Both the position numbers and the translations under genes were made by a program. From a plasmid, in the NCBI RefSeq assembly GCF_056746865.1, contig NZ_JBWKMP010000006.1: DNA of 63,119 nt; one strand, given 5' to 3'. Below the pieces are notes generated by a model. That model ran no database searches. It was not told the DNA's origin and worked only from the letters and a program-made list of their open reading frames with translations. Below are positions 40,150 through 51,431 of the stretch, piece by piece; position 1 is the first letter of the stretch; the number at the start of each line of letters is the position of its first letter.

Positions 40150-40734
40150 CTATGCCTCTTTGTTGTATTTTCCGTCAAGTATGAGCCGGGTACCATCGTA
40201 ATGCATGATCAGGGCATCAAGGTACGCCGGTTTGAATTTCTTGCCGAGCCTATCTCTGGCCAGAAATGATAAACAATGATTATGTGTCATTATTACTATG
40301 TTCCTTTTATGAGATTCTCTTGCGATTGATTCAAGCGTCTTATAAAGATCATTATTGCAGTCTGATAAACTGTCCATAACGACGGGTTCTTTACCGGAGA
40401 AGAATTTTGCAGTTTGTATGGTTCTTACCGCATTGCTGGAGTAAATATCATATTCACTGAAGATTGTTGCGAACTTAATACCTTCCTGCTGTGCTTTCTC
40501 TGTACCGGTAATAGTGATTCCGCTTTTATCCGAATAGCATGGCATATCTGAACGGTCGCAACGTTCTCCATGGCGGAAAAGGAAAATAACGGTGTTATCA
40601 GCATTAATTTCTTTTGCCTGTTCCAGGGTGATATCGGGAAGCGAGCTTTTTGCTTTTGTCACTGCCGCTACCAGGAAAACAGAAAATAAAAGAATGAATG
40701 CTGTTTTTGAATAAGAAGAACGTGGTTTCATCAT
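40150..40734 (-). CDS. traG: TraG-position protein with a histidine-phosphatase (PGAM-like) signature
   Basis: 194-aa secreted protein with an RHGE motif (VIFLFRHGERCDRSD); symbol assigned by size and synteny only. Confidence 0.5.
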   Translation of the reverse strand: MMKPRSSYSKTAFILLFSVFLVAAVTKAKSSLPDITLEQAKEINADNTVIFLFRHGERCDRSDMPCYSDKSGITITGTEKAQQEGIKFATIFSEYDIYSSNAVRTIQTAKFFSGKEPVVMDSLSDCNNDLYKTLESIARESHKRNIVIMTHNHCLSFLARDRLGKKFKPAYLDALIMHYDGTRLILDGKYNKEA

Positions 40735-40793
40735 GTTATTTAAACTGAATATAAAAATACCCCCGGGTTTAGTGCCGGGGGCGGGGACAGTAA

Positions 40794-41996
40794 TCAGAAA
40801 GTGAACTGAAGTTGTGCCATTGCACCGTAATCGTGGTCAGTTCCTACCAGGCCGGAAACATCGATATGTACGACGTCAAATGGAGAGATACCAACGCCAG
40901 CGGTGAAGGCGCTTCCGGAGTTTGATGCCATGTTCTGACGATAACCGGCACGCAATTGCGCCCATTTCCATGCGTTAAATTCAGCACCAACACTTGCAAA
41001 CTGACGTTTGCTGTCAGAAGTGAAGCCACTGGCAGGAGTCAGATCAATGTCAAGAGCAGTGGTAAACAGGTCATTATGCCAGGATACACCGGCGGTTGCC
41101 TGCGGACGAACTTTGAAGGTTTCTTTAAAGCCATTGACGACTTTAGTATCAATACTGCGTGGAATGATGTTCTGGGCAACAAGACCGACAGTCCAGTTGT
41201 CATTCAGGTCTGTATAAGCACCAATATCGGCGTTGAATCCGTTTTTCGTGTTGTGGTACTTGTCACCGTCAAAATCGTCTTTGTCGTAATCACGAACCGT
41301 TACGTTGTAGTTAAACAGGTCCACACGCTGATATTTTGGTGTGACGCCAAGAGACCATTTTTGTCCGGCCGTTTCCAGTTCTTTGGCAAATGAAATTCCG
41401 ACGTCGGTAATTACAGCTGCACGCCCGAATGCGCGTGAGGTCAGGGCATTCTTATCGACGTCGGTAATTGTTCCATTGGCAACTTTGTCCAGATAATCCA
41501 GGTCTGCATCGTTTACTTTTCCGTTTACGCTGACAGTTCCGTAAGACTTGACCATAAGGGCAAACGGCAGAGTGTCATTTGCCATGGCTGCTACAGCTGA
41601 TACACCTACCTGAGCATCTGCATTGATATTGCGGAATTCCTGCAGACGATGTTTAAGATTTGCCGCTGCCTGTTGTACGCCATGCTGGTTATCTACAGCA
41701 CTGTCAAACAAATCCCAGTCATCTTTAACATCATCAGCTTTATTTGATACATCATCAGGATCAGCAACTTGTGCCCCAACAGACGGCAGAAGAAGGCTGA
41801 AATCATCATTGCTGTTGTGCTTTGTCAGTAAAGCCGGGTTTGCCAGAGGTGCCACACCATAATGGGAAGATGCTACCCCGGTACCACCCATTGCATCGTT
41901 ACGCGCTTCAAAATATGACGTCGCTGCTGCAGCGTTAAAGGAAAATAATACAGCAGATGCAATGATGGTGCGGGTAATATGATTTTTCTTCATCAT
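40794..41996 (-). CDS. traF: TraF-position outer-membrane beta-barrel protein
   Basis: 400-aa ORF with a signal peptide and a C-terminal aromatic beta-signal (...AQLQFTF); symbol by synteny. Confidence 0.55.
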   Translation of the reverse strand: MMKKNHITRTIIASAVLFSFNAAAATSYFEARNDAMGGTGVASSHYGVAPLANPALLTKHNSNDDFSLLLPSVGAQVADPDDVSNKADDVKDDWDLFDSAVDNQHGVQQAAANLKHRLQEFRNINADAQVGVSAVAAMANDTLPFALMVKSYGTVSVNGKVNDADLDYLDKVANGTITDVDKNALTSRAFGRAAVITDVGISFAKELETAGQKWSLGVTPKYQRVDLFNYNVTVRDYDKDDFDGDKYHNTKNGFNADIGAYTDLNDNWTVGLVAQNIIPRSIDTKVVNGFKETFKVRPQATAGVSWHNDLFTTALDIDLTPASGFTSDSKRQFASVGAEFNAWKWAQLRAGYRQNMASNSGSAFTAGVGISPFDVVHIDVSGLVGTDHDYGAMAQLQFTF

Positions 41997-42080
41997 TTAA
42001 TTTCCTGTTTATCAGAATTTAGACAAAACAACGCTATGACACGGATGTGCCGTAATTTTTACTTTGGTACTATCTGGTAT

Positions 42081-42905
42081 TTACCAGGGTAATAAAGACG
42101 TATTAAATAAGCTAACAGGTAGTATTTGCCCTGTAATAAGGTTCCCGGCAAGGCCAGGTCTCAACGTGACGCGTCGCAAAGACATTGTTGTATTCTGCCT
42201 GGTTGTATATTCAGTTAACCATTTTCTTTTTTCATCGTTCAGAAGTGTTGGTGATAATGATAGTGCCGGATATATTACAGAGCCATTTATTTCTTTTTTC
42301 TGTCTCAATATTACCCCGCAATATTCTCTTTTCGTATTTCCTGCGAAGGGGAAACTATGCCAGAAAATAACTTCAGTGTTGCTGCTATCACTAATAAGCA
42401 TTCTGAAATTATCAGCAGTATCTGGCCATTCACCGGACAACGCTATCGGATAGTTTTCATGGCCATTCAGCCAGTCCGGATTGAGATTAAAACATTCAGC
42501 AAGATGTTCGAGAGCGTCAGCTGAAAGATAGTCTGCAAGTCTGGCCGGGTCCTGTATAACCGTGGAGCGGATATTCCATGGCGACAGCAATGTTGCCAGT
42601 AATGGCGCATTTATATCATGCGACAGCATGATGTATTCAATTCTGCTTATTATGTTTCCTGTGGTGTTATCCGCAGGCATAAACATATTATGAAGAGCAT
42701 CCTCAAGCAGGATTCGGGTTAAATCAGCGGTGGATATGGCTAATTGTTCGCTCATTATCCCCAGAACTTCTCTTACCCCTTGGGGGTAACGGACCTGCAG
42801 AGGTGTCGGGTTTATCTGACGACCGTTGATGAGTTTTTCGCCGATTGCTTTTTTGTCCAGCGAGAGCATCATTCGGGCCGCAATACCGGTCGTATTCAGT
42901 CTCAT
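42081..42905 (-). CDS. traE: TraE-position protein
   Basis: 274-aa ORF between rci and traF; symbol by synteny. Confidence 0.45.
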   Translation of the reverse strand: MRLNTTGIAARMMLSLDKKAIGEKLINGRQINPTPLQVRYPQGVREVLGIMSEQLAISTADLTRILLEDALHNMFMPADNTTGNIISRIEYIMLSHDINAPLLATLLSPWNIRSTVIQDPARLADYLSADALEHLAECFNLNPDWLNGHENYPIALSGEWPDTADNFRMLISDSSNTEVIFWHSFPFAGNTKREYCGVILRQKKEINGSVIYPALSLSPTLLNDEKRKWLTEYTTRQNTTMSLRRVTLRPGLAGNLITGQILPVSLFNTSLLPW

Positions 42906-43055
42906 TGTTCCTCCGACTGAAAAAGTCTTTTCAGCTCATGTGGTTATTGTATCTTCGGTGTTTTTTCTGGTGAAACGAATAATTTCGATCATGCAGATCG
43001 AATGTGTTTGGCGAGTTGTTGCAACTCGCCTTTCTGTATGTGTTTTGAATGATGT

Positions 43056-44210
43056 TTACAGCGGGGTGCTGCCCGGGTTCAGAGGGCAAATCATAATGTA
43101 GTCAGGGTCGTTAACAGGTAACGCTCCGGGAGATGGGACACGTTCGCCTTTCTGTGCTGCAATGGCCAGTGTACGCAACAAAACCTCACTGGCGCGGTGA
43201 ACTGCTTCCTCTTTCGTTGTGGCAGTGACGTGAAGGTTATCAAAATCACCGATCTCAATACGATGCGCTTTCTGCCCATTTTCTTCATCGATGGTCGTGA
43301 TATGGGCAGGATACGGCACAAACCATGCTGCCACTTTTTGTGTCTGCCGCCGGCGGGCATCAAGCTTACTGACCAGTTGCCATGCACGAAGATGAGTATA
43401 CCGTTTCAGCATATTCATGGAACGATGTCCTGATATTGCAGCAATCTCCATTACATTCAGGCTACCCAGTTCGAAGAAGCGGCTTATTGCTTCATGCCGT
43501 AGATCGTGAAAATGCAGGTCCTCGATGCGAAGTCGTTGTGTGGCTATTCTCCAGGCATTTTTAAAGCCGGATGCGGTGTAATCAAAAACATTGCCGTGGA
43601 GATTAACGGGCATCATCTGAAGAAAGTTACGGGCACGTCTGGACAGAGGAACATCCCGTGAGTGACCGTTTTTGGTTTCAGGTAAATGAGCCACACCGTG
43701 GCGCAAATCAATGTGCTCCCAACGTAAGGCCAGTATTTCGCCCTGCCGCATGGCTGTCTCAAGGGCAAGATGGAAAATGACATACAACATCAGATTTTTT
43801 TCGCGGAAATAGCGAGAAAGGCGACGTTCTTCTGAAGACGTTAGCCGGCGATCTCGTCCCGAGGATACTTTCGGCTTGCGAACCAGTTCAACCGGGTTAG
43901 TACGACAGGTTCCCCATTCAACACGAGCAATATTGAACAGAGATGACAGAAGGGCGAGTTCAAGACGTACAGTATTACCTGTAATGGGTTTACCCGTTCG
44001 GGGGTTGATTTCTGCTAAACGAACGTCTCTGTATGTAGCAATATCAACGGTTGTTATTTCGTCCATATTCCGAAGGGCAATGGGATATCGCTTGATAACA
44101 TTGCTCCGGTAAAACTCCTGTTGATGCCCTTTCTTGTGAACAGAAACTGTTTTCAGGTACTTATCCAGTGCGCGTGACAGGGACATTTTACGGATGCGTG
44201 GAGACGGCAT
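43056..44210 (-). CDS. rci: Rci shufflon-specific tyrosine recombinase
   Basis: 384 aa from ATG 44210 ([19 protein letters not shown]...) with tyrosine-recombinase motifs ([14 protein letters not shown]); adjacent to the shufflon repeats. Confidence 0.9.
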   Translation of the reverse strand: MPSPRIRKMSLSRALDKYLKTVSVHKKGHQQEFYRSNVIKRYPIALRNMDEITTVDIATYRDVRLAEINPRTGKPITGNTVRLELALLSSLFNIARVEWGTCRTNPVELVRKPKVSSGRDRRLTSSEERRLSRYFREKNLMLYVIFHLALETAMRQGEILALRWEHIDLRHGVAHLPETKNGHSRDVPLSRRARNFLQMMPVNLHGNVFDYTASGFKNAWRIATQRLRIEDLHFHDLRHEAISRFFELGSLNVMEIAAISGHRSMNMLKRYTHLRAWQLVSKLDARRRQTQKVAAWFVPYPAHITTIDEENGQKAHRIEIGDFDNLHVTATTKEEAVHRASEVLLRTLAIAAQKGERVPSPGALPVNDPDYIMICPLNPGSTPL

Positions 44211-44261
44211 GCTAACCTCAAAAGAGGCAAAAAATAATGCCAACAATCATTCTCTGCAAGC

Positions 44262-44274
44262 GTGCCAATCCGGT
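44262..44274 (+). repeat. shufflon repeat r1 (core)
   Basis: GTGCCAATCCGGT. Confidence 0.8.
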
Positions 44275-44741
44275 CGGTGGTCTGGAGGCAATAAAGTGAA
44301 CTACTCCGCCTGTAAGTGGTATCAATCATCTGTAGCAATGAATCACTTCATTGGCGGGAAAAGTGGAGGATCTATCTACTACAAACCCATTCAATGCCCG
44401 ACCGGATTTATCATGACAGGTACACGCATGTATGGCATTGGTGATGGCGTTGATGAGGAACACGTTGATGCTTATTGTTGCCCCTTCGGTTAAATCCCAG
44501 CACCAGGAAGATTCAGGCATGTAACAGTAATTGTGCCGCCGGACTCATAATTTCCCCACGCATAATTATTCACATACCAAACCTTGTTTTGGTCGGAGTA
44601 TACCTGCTGAAACCCACCAAAAGGTGCACCATTAAGGTATGTCCACGAACAGTACGCATGTACGCCAATGCTCAGATTTCGGGTGTTTTTCCCGATATTG
44701 TACGTACTGGTAGTGAAGTTCACTTTTGCCGTTGTCCAGAT

Positions 44742-44754
44742 ACCGGATTGGCAC
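44742..44754 (-). repeat. shufflon repeat r2 (core)
   Basis: ACCGGATTGGCAC on + strand. Confidence 0.8.
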
Positions 44755-45132
44755 GGAGGCCAGCAGCGCCAGCAATTTAATCTCAGTTCTGACACGCGAC
44801 GACATAACTACATTTTCCGGTTAAATCAGCTCTAAATGTCCCTTTATGGAAATTGTATTCGTCATAGAAGCCGCATTTCACAATTCGATTGGCATCATAG
44901 GTTGCAACTGACCCCGCAAAATAATTCGGCTTCCACCCGTGCGGATTTTCTGCATTACTGACACTCCATGAGTCAGGCATGTCAATAGGAACGACTTCTG
45001 TTTCTGCCATTTCACGCCCGTCAATACGATAGGTGTTAATACACAGTTTAAACCTCCCTAAGACCTGTGTGTTTTTGGGATATAACGTAAATGTTTTTAT
45101 ATTGTGTCCATATCGACGCTGATTACGCCAGG

Positions 45133-45145
45133 TACCGGATTGGCA
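45133..45145 (-). repeat. shufflon repeat r3 (core)
   Basis: ACCGGATTGGCAC on + strand. Confidence 0.8.
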
Positions 45146-45153
45146 CGTAGGCC

Positions 45154-45166
45154 AGTGCCAATCCGG
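45154..45166 (+). repeat. shufflon repeat r4 (core)
   Basis: GTGCCAATCCGGT, 8 bp from r3 in opposite orientation. Confidence 0.8.
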
Positions 45167-45621
45167 TACGTGGGGGACAAGACTTGGCAAGCCGTTACTC
45201 ACAGTATTCGTCCTACTTTCTGACAGATTACTTGCTTGAAATAGCTTATTGCCAGAATGGTTCACATAGAGGATGCATTCACTACTGCCGGTAGTTGAGA
45301 GCCCAGCAGGGGGCAGTACATTGTTTATTTATGCATCTGGTAAGGTCAATTAAGGATCTGCCGGAGGTGCAAATACCGCCGCCAATACATCCCGTTTTGC
45401 AGTTGGATATGTTGCTCCAGGAAAGCGCCAAGTAGCCTGCAATGTACAGCAAAGCTGATAAAGGCTGTTTTTCCTGCATATGGAAAAACAGCCTTTATCA
45501 GCTTTCCACCACTGTACCTGGGGCAGGTACTTCCTATCAGATGGGCAAACATCCTATCCAACAGAAAATACATCATGTGGTGCCGGGGTTGTTTGCGTCG
45601 TATTTGGATATCAAATTAAGT

Positions 45622-46926
45622 TTAATTGAGAGTTACACAGGACGCAATACAACCTGTCTTGTGCTCGTATTTGTACCATTTTCGTGAACCAGATGGACTC
45701 TCGACTACCTGGCAGTAATGAGAATCCTCAGCATTTCCCATTCTGGCAATGGCACAAAAGTCAAATTGCCCCAAGTAACCAGTGCTGGAAAGTTGAGTAA
45801 CCTTGAGCTTTCCACCTAATGCCCTCCACACACCGGATTGGCACGAAAGTATCGCCCCTGTACTGTCGCGGCCTACAAGCCCGTTAGGGGAGCAGGAAGT
45901 GCCAGCAACGGCAGTTCTTTCCAGTTGTAAGTATTCACCAGTATAAAGGCGACCATCAGCACGAACAGTACCGCCTTTCACCTGACCGCCGGTATAGATG
46001 CCCTTGTTGTTTACACTTCGAACCCATGATCCATCGGACATATAAAATCCGCCACCGTGAGTTTCATTGAGCCAGCCTTTACTGTTACGAGTAATTAACC
46101 AACCATTATTACTTCTGATATCACCGCCAGCGGTGACATTTACGTCAAAGTTTCCGCTATTGCCTTTTACCTGACCGCTGAAAGTGCCATTTACACCATT
46201 CACATTGCCGCTGAAATTACCAGTCTGGGCATTTACTGCCCCAACGTTATTCAGGTTATTTGATCCCATATCAATGGCCGTGTGCATTTTGTTTAAGTCA
46301 GGGCGACCATTGACCTGGAATCTGTAAAGACGATCAGTGTCCTCAGCTGCACCACTAAGTTCATCTGTCGATAACAATACGGCAATATGCCCGTTACCGC
46401 TTTTGGCACCATAATTACTTAAAGCTACTGACCAGGAACGTAATGCACCTGTGGCTGTTTTGCCGTCCTGGATATATCCACCAAGACCAGTGGTAATATC
46501 CTTAGCCATCTGGATAAGTGCTTTCACTGGATAAGGTGTGCCACCACTGGATACAACCATTGCCTGTAGTAATTCCGGGTTTTGGGCGTTTCGAACCACA
46601 TATGCCTGTAACCGCTGCCCCTCGCTGTTTGTCTCAGTAAACCCGCTGGACAAAAAGCCGGTATTTTTCAGCATGGTTGTCGTGATAACGGCAGGAGTTG
46701 TTGTGGTACTACTGCCCTGGAGAGTTGTGTAGTTTTTCCCTATATAAGAGCGGGCCGCACTGGTCCAGTTGCTGACAAGACGTGCTTCAGTTTGCCATCC
46801 TTTTGTTTGAATATAGTCCTGCCATATGCCTGCTCCCCAGGCAACTATGATCATAACAATCAGTAAAGCCGCGCCAGTTTCCAGCGATGCCCAGCCTCGG
46901 TCATATTTTTTCATCAGATTACCCAT
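45622..46926 (-). CDS. pilV: PilV thin-pilus tip adhesin (constant region plus the currently joined shufflon C-terminus)
   Basis: 434-aa ORF with prepilin-like N-terminus; crosses repeat r5 into the shufflon. Confidence 0.85.
   Translation of the reverse strand: MGNLMKKYDRGWASLETGAALLIVMIIVAWGAGIWQDYIQTKGWQTEARLVSNWTSAARSYIGKNYTTLQGSSTTTTPAVITTTMLKNTGFLSSGFTETNSEGQRLQAYVVRNAQNPELLQAMVVSSGGTPYPVKALIQMAKDITTGLGGYIQDGKTATGALRSWSVALSNYGAKSGNGHIAVLLSTDELSGAAEDTDRLYRFQVNGRPDLNKMHTAIDMGSNNLNNVGAVNAQTGNFSGNVNGVNGTFSGQVKGNSGNFDVNVTAGGDIRSNNGWLITRNSKGWLNETHGGGFYMSDGSWVRSVNNKGIYTGGQVKGGTVRADGRLYTGEYLQLERTAVAGTSCSPNGLVGRDSTGAILSCQSGVWRALGGKLKVTQLSSTGYLGQFDFCAIARMGNAEDSHYCQVVESPSGSRKWYKYEHKTGCIASCVTLN
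45832..45844 (-). repeat. shufflon repeat r5 (core), junction with the pilV constant region
   Basis: ACCGGATTGGCAC on + strand, inside the pilV ORF at ...[14 protein letters not shown]. Confidence 0.8.
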
Positions 46927-47597
46927 AGTGGTTGATAAAGATTATCCAGCAGCAAAAGGACATGGCCAAAACATAGCCATGGACCCAGAGGGCCTTCTTT
47001 ATGCCCTTTTATGCACCATGTTGAATGCCATAAGACAAATCCTCCTGTGCCCAGCAACACACACCATATGGCGTTATATAGCCCTGACCATGCGGTAATA
47101 CCTGCAATAAGCCACAGGTCTCCTGTGCCAATATTAAGACGATGGCGGTTAACCAGTTTATGCAGACAGAATAAGACAATTGCGGCAGAGACAATTTCTG
47201 TTGCACGGAGCCACCATATATCAGTCGTGATTTGTGATAGCATTCCTGCAATTAAAAAACGTCGGGTGAATGTTCCTGGTAATAAACCTGTCAGTGCATC
47301 CGTTACCGCCATTTGCAGTATGAACGAAAGAATAAGGACAGCATGAATACGGTAGAGCAGTGGTGATGATGATAAAATAATTAACGCCACAGCTATACTG
47401 TATAGCCATATTCCTGACAGAACAGCAGGGTGTGTCTTATACCAGAGATGTCCCGTATCAGATAAAAAATAACGAACTCTGAATAGCAGAGTTCGTCCAA
47501 TAATGGAAAATGTGAACATCAATGGCAGTATATAAACAGGGGATAGACTTATGCCTACGATTGTCTGCATTGCCTGCCTCCCTGTCCGGGAAGACAT
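46914..47597 (-). CDS. pilU: PilU prepilin peptidase
   Basis: 227-aa polytopic membrane protein with peptidase-A24-like motifs. Confidence 0.8.
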   Translation of the reverse strand: MSSRTGRQAMQTIVGISLSPVYILPLMFTFSIIGRTLLFRVRYFLSDTGHLWYKTHPAVLSGIWLYSIAVALIILSSSPLLYRIHAVLILSFILQMAVTDALTGLLPGTFTRRFLIAGMLSQITTDIWWLRATEIVSAAIVLFCLHKLVNRHRLNIGTGDLWLIAGITAWSGLYNAIWCVLLGTGGFVLWHSTWCIKGHKEGPLGPWLCFGHVLLLLDNLYQPLWVI

Positions 47598-48115
47598 ATC
47601 CCTTTCATGTCACGATAAATTCTCCATATTTTATTGGCATATTGCTCTCTTGTTTCATGTCTGTCCTTACGGAATCCGGCATTGTATGACCCAAGGCAAT
47701 TCCAGCTGACGCCACATATCTGAAAATGTCTTGCCAGTATCCAGCTTCCTATATGGATATTAAGGCATGGTTTGGTAATTAAATCCTCAGACTTTTTTAT
47801 TACGCCCATATTTATCAGCTTTGGAATATGGGTTGAGTTTATTTGCATCAACCCATAATCCGTGCTACTGGCTTTACCTGTTTTTTTGTCCTTATTTATA
47901 TTAATTGCGCCCGGCCTCAACGAAGATTCCCCGGCAGAAATAGCCTTCAATAATAATGGTTCAATTTGATAGCGCGCGCCGGCAGCGGCAAAGCAATTGT
48001 CCCACTTGTTGGTCCAGATCTGTTTGGGAGCTACGTATGAAGCTCGGGCGGGTGGAATAAGAGAAAAAAGCAGGATTAATGAAATAAGTCTGAGGGGTAC
48101 TGTACCCCCTGACAT
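47555..48115 (-). CDS. pilT: PilT lytic transglycosylase
   Basis: 186-aa ORF with signal peptide and SLT-domain motifs (ES...GLMQIN). Confidence 0.8.
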   Translation of the reverse strand: MSGGTVPLRLISLILLFSLIPPARASYVAPKQIWTNKWDNCFAAAGARYQIEPLLLKAISAGESSLRPGAININKDKKTGKASSTDYGLMQINSTHIPKLINMGVIKKSEDLITKPCLNIHIGSWILARHFQICGVSWNCLGSYNAGFRKDRHETREQYANKIWRIYRDMKGICLPGQGGRQCRQS

Positions 48116-48124
48116 TAAAACTCC

Positions 48125-48739
48125 TTAACCATTGATGGTGAAGATAAGTTTGTTTGTACCAGTGCTGCCATTATCTGCCTTGCATTGCGTACTGGCTTCT
48201 TCAGTAGTGACTTTTCCATCACTGTGAGCAGTACTGTTCAGGGTAATGCCGTTAGTTAAACCAGTTTTACTGATTCGTGTGGCAATCTGGATACAGGCAT
48301 CCTGTGGGACTTTATCATAGGTAACGGTAAAACCGTTGTTGAACCCTGATGTTGAAGCCGGGGCAACAGTTACAGCACCGCCCCATGCGTTATAGAGCGT
48401 TGCTGTACCAGATGTTTTGTCGCCCTGTACGGTCATCCCAGAGGGAATGACACCCATCTGAATGAGGGCACCTGTCATTTTGGCACTGCTGGTAAATGTA
48501 TATCCATCGCTACCTTTTAGCAGGCTCTGGGCACTTGTGATAATTGTTTGTATATTTGCGGTTTCAGTTGCCACATTGGCTCTTGTACGCAACGCATACA
48601 AACTACCCAGAACAACGACTATAACAAAAAGAACAACGAGCGCTATTGTTCCCTGCTCCAAAATTGCCCATCCTTTATCATGAGGCTCATTCTTCTTATT
48701 ATTTCCAGTTAAAGTGGTATTAATATTTTCTACTAACAT
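48125..48739 (-). CDS. pilS: PilS type IVb prepilin (major pilin)
   Basis: 204-aa ORF with a long leader then WAILEQGTIALVVLFVIVVV pilin N-terminal helix. Confidence 0.8.
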   Translation of the reverse strand: MLVENINTTLTGNNKKNEPHDKGWAILEQGTIALVVLFVIVVVLGSLYALRTRANVATETANIQTIITSAQSLLKGSDGYTFTSSAKMTGALIQMGVIPSGMTVQGDKTSGTATLYNAWGGAVTVAPASTSGFNNGFTVTYDKVPQDACIQIATRISKTGLTNGITLNSTAHSDGKVTTEEASTQCKADNGSTGTNKLIFTING

Positions 48740-48756
48740 AAATATCCTCGTTTTGT

Positions 48757-49854
48757 TTAAAAGTTACCCATGCTGTTGTCACTAATAGACTGAATATCCA
48801 TAATGGCAAAAACCAGTAACATGAGAGACATGACAAGAAATATCAGCATAATTAAACGAATCACGTTTGCCCGTTTCTTTACACGTTGAAGTGTTTGACT
48901 AAGCCATCGTTGACCATAATTGCTGATTAGCTCTGTTGCGCCATCTCCCTGTAATAAAGACAGGAAGTTGGCTGCTTCCCTGGATGGGAACTGATAACCG
49001 CACTGACGCAAAGCCAGTCCAAGATGATCCCCCTGGCGGACGCGGTAAATAATGCTGTCAAGACGTGTGCTTAACCATGGTGATGCAAACTCCTGAAGAA
49101 TGTTTAGCGAGTTGAGCGTCGTCATTTTGGCTTTCAGAAGTGCAGCCATATTCAGGAGAAATGTTGCTCCCTGTATATCCTGATAAATACTCCATGGCAT
49201 TATCTTGTCGGCAAAAGTACGAACACTGTCAGGGCTTTTCCAGTTTGGCAGAGACCATGATATTAAACCTGTGATCACTGCAAAAAGAACGGCACATATA
49301 GCGCCGTAATTATCGACAAAAACAGATAATCCATAAAGAAAACCAAGAGCACCACTCCATGAATCAGGGGAGCTTATTTTGCTCAGTTCAGGTATTAGCT
49401 CTGTATTCAGAACATATAATGTCCCCGTCATCATGATTAACAATCCCACCGGATAAATAGCCATTTGCCATATAGCCTGATGGATTTGTTCTTTTGCATC
49501 TGTAAGAGTGGTGGCGAATTGCAGTGCATCCACAATTGAACCACTTCTTATCCCGGCGCTGATTACTGCGGCCTCTTCCTGAGGAACCCATAAACTAAGA
49601 GTATATTCCAGAGAGTTTTCGCCACTGTTTTCACGAAGAGACTCAATACAGTCTGTGGCCAGTTCAGCAAAGGGATGCCATTTTCGTCCAAAGTCTGTCC
49701 AGGCATCCCGCATCTGTTCCAGTGCGGTCTTTAATGGCTGTTTATTTTCCAGCAGAAAACGCAGAGCTTCGTAAAACTGCACCCTGTAGGGGGCGCTGAA
49801 CGTTTTTCTGACAATGAAACGTCTCAGCCGTTGACTGAAATTCATTTCACGCAT
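48757..49854 (-). CDS. pilR: PilR inner-membrane platform protein (GspF-like)
   Basis: 365-aa polytopic membrane ORF; position in the pil operon. Confidence 0.8.
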   Translation of the reverse strand: MREMNFSQRLRRFIVRKTFSAPYRVQFYEALRFLLENKQPLKTALEQMRDAWTDFGRKWHPFAELATDCIESLRENSGENSLEYTLSLWVPQEEAAVISAGIRSGSIVDALQFATTLTDAKEQIHQAIWQMAIYPVGLLIMMTGTLYVLNTELIPELSKISSPDSWSGALGFLYGLSVFVDNYGAICAVLFAVITGLISWSLPNWKSPDSVRTFADKIMPWSIYQDIQGATFLLNMAALLKAKMTTLNSLNILQEFASPWLSTRLDSIIYRVRQGDHLGLALRQCGYQFPSREAANFLSLLQGDGATELISNYGQRWLSQTLQRVKKRANVIRLIMLIFLVMSLMLLVFAIMDIQSISDNSMGNF

Positions 49855-49866
49855 GTTGTTCTCCTG

Positions 49867-51421
49867 TTAGGCATCATCGATGCTGAGGCGTTCGTCTTCG
49901 TCCAGAGGGATGATTCTGTCGGCTTCAAGAGGGTCCACCAGGCCTTCATTGATACGGCGAAGAAGATGCTCTACACGACTGATGCCATGCATGTTTTCAA
50001 GCCAGTATTTACGTGCTGCAACTTTGCCGCGTGTTTTCAGAATCTGAAATAAGCGATTATCAGGTTCTATCACTTCAGCAATTACGGTCCTGCCGGTGAG
50101 GCCTTTACCTATTTCACCGCGCTTTCTGCCGTTAATAATTACGTCGTGATTACAGTCGGAGCATCCGTGAGGATTTCGGAACCAGATATTATCTGTACTG
50201 CAGAGTGAATCTTTATTGCAGTGCCGCTCAAGGTAAGCGCGGTCGTCTTCGCTAAGTTCAGGTACTCGCTTTTCCCATGGAATACGGCAGGAGGGACACA
50301 GAGTTGGTACAAGGCGCTGGCTGATCATCCCAATCAGTAATTGCGCATCGCAAATAAGATCGGCATTCATACCCATCGTAATCATTCGCTCCGGTATACC
50401 CAGAGCTGAGTTTGTATGTAATGTCGTCAGAACGATGTGACCGGTCTGAGCCGCGTAGGTGGTTGACATCATCGAGACAAGATCGCGCATTTCCCCTTCC
50501 ATGATGGCATCGGGGTCAAGTCGCATTGCCGATGAAATAGCACGACTCCATGCCAGTTTGACGGCCTCTTCGTCGGATTTGTCACAGATAATCGGGGTTT
50601 GTGTTGCCCCCAGTATCTGTCCTTCCAGCGGATCTTCGATCGTCAGCAGGTGTCGCCCCTGATTATCGTCAAGATATACACGGCAGGCACTGCGTAACGT
50701 TGTTGATTTACCGGAACCTGTTGGACCAGACAGAACTATTTTCCCTTCCGGGCGGCGCAGCATGACGTTCAGCAACCGGATTTGCTCCGGTATAAAGCCC
50801 AGTTGCTTAAACGTGGGAACTTTGTCTCCGTCATCGGGTATCAGGCGCATAACTGCAATCAGACCATCTCCCGTAGGTCTGTGACTGTATCGTGCACCAA
50901 ATATTCCTATTTTTCGCATTAATTGTGGGGACAGGCGCGCATCCTGTTCCCTTTGAGGGAAGAAACTGGTTTCAGTGACATCAGCCATTGACAGAATGGC
51001 TGTTGCGCAAAGTGAATAACCCAGTGCAGGTTGATCTTCATCTACAGTCTGCAGTTCACCGAATATTCTCATGCGAACTTTGAAAATAGACTCTGAAATT
51101 AAAAAATGAATATCTGAAGCACCAAGTTTTCTGGCCGTTTCAAAATAAGAGAGAACTTTCTTCTCACTTTCACTGACATCTGCAAGATCTTTCAGATGAA
51201 TAATCCGTTCTTTCGGACCTTTATTTTTCATCATCCTGACCGGCTTCCTGTAACTCAGACAGCGAGACTACTTTTGGGTTGATGTCAGGGTATAATTTTA
51301 GCAGTTCCTGGAGATTACTCTGTACGTCAGGTCTTGTTCGCTGATTTGTTTCGATGAGAATTTCATGGGTGTCTCCCCGGGATATAAAAAGGAGAGCATC
51401 CTTCAGATTATATTTGTCCAT
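49867..51421 (-). pseudogene. pilQ: PilQ pilus assembly ATPase (GspE-like), frameshifted at the A5 run 51225-51229
   Basis: 66-aa ORF (51221-51421) and 455-aa ORF (49867-51234, Walker A GPTGSGKST) join into ~517 aa if one A is removed. Confidence 0.85.
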
Positions 51422-51431
51422 ATCACATCAC

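Larger units (their letters stand above)
44258..45850. mobile_element. shufflon: invertible multi-segment region supplying alternative PilV C-termini
   Basis: Five copies of the GTGCCAATCCGGT core in mixed orientation; each repeat encodes CQSG-x-W in frame with a different downstream tail (44280-44493 +; 44742-44490 -; 45132-44783 -; a short + tail from 45167; and the currently expressed tail 45831-45622 -). Confidence 0.85.

Noticed and set aside
44258-45850. Possible CRISPR array, because of repeated ~19-bp units
   Set aside because: The repeats are in mixed orientation, irregularly spaced (8 to 680 bp), and each is in frame with pilV tails next to rci; this is a shufflon, not CRISPR
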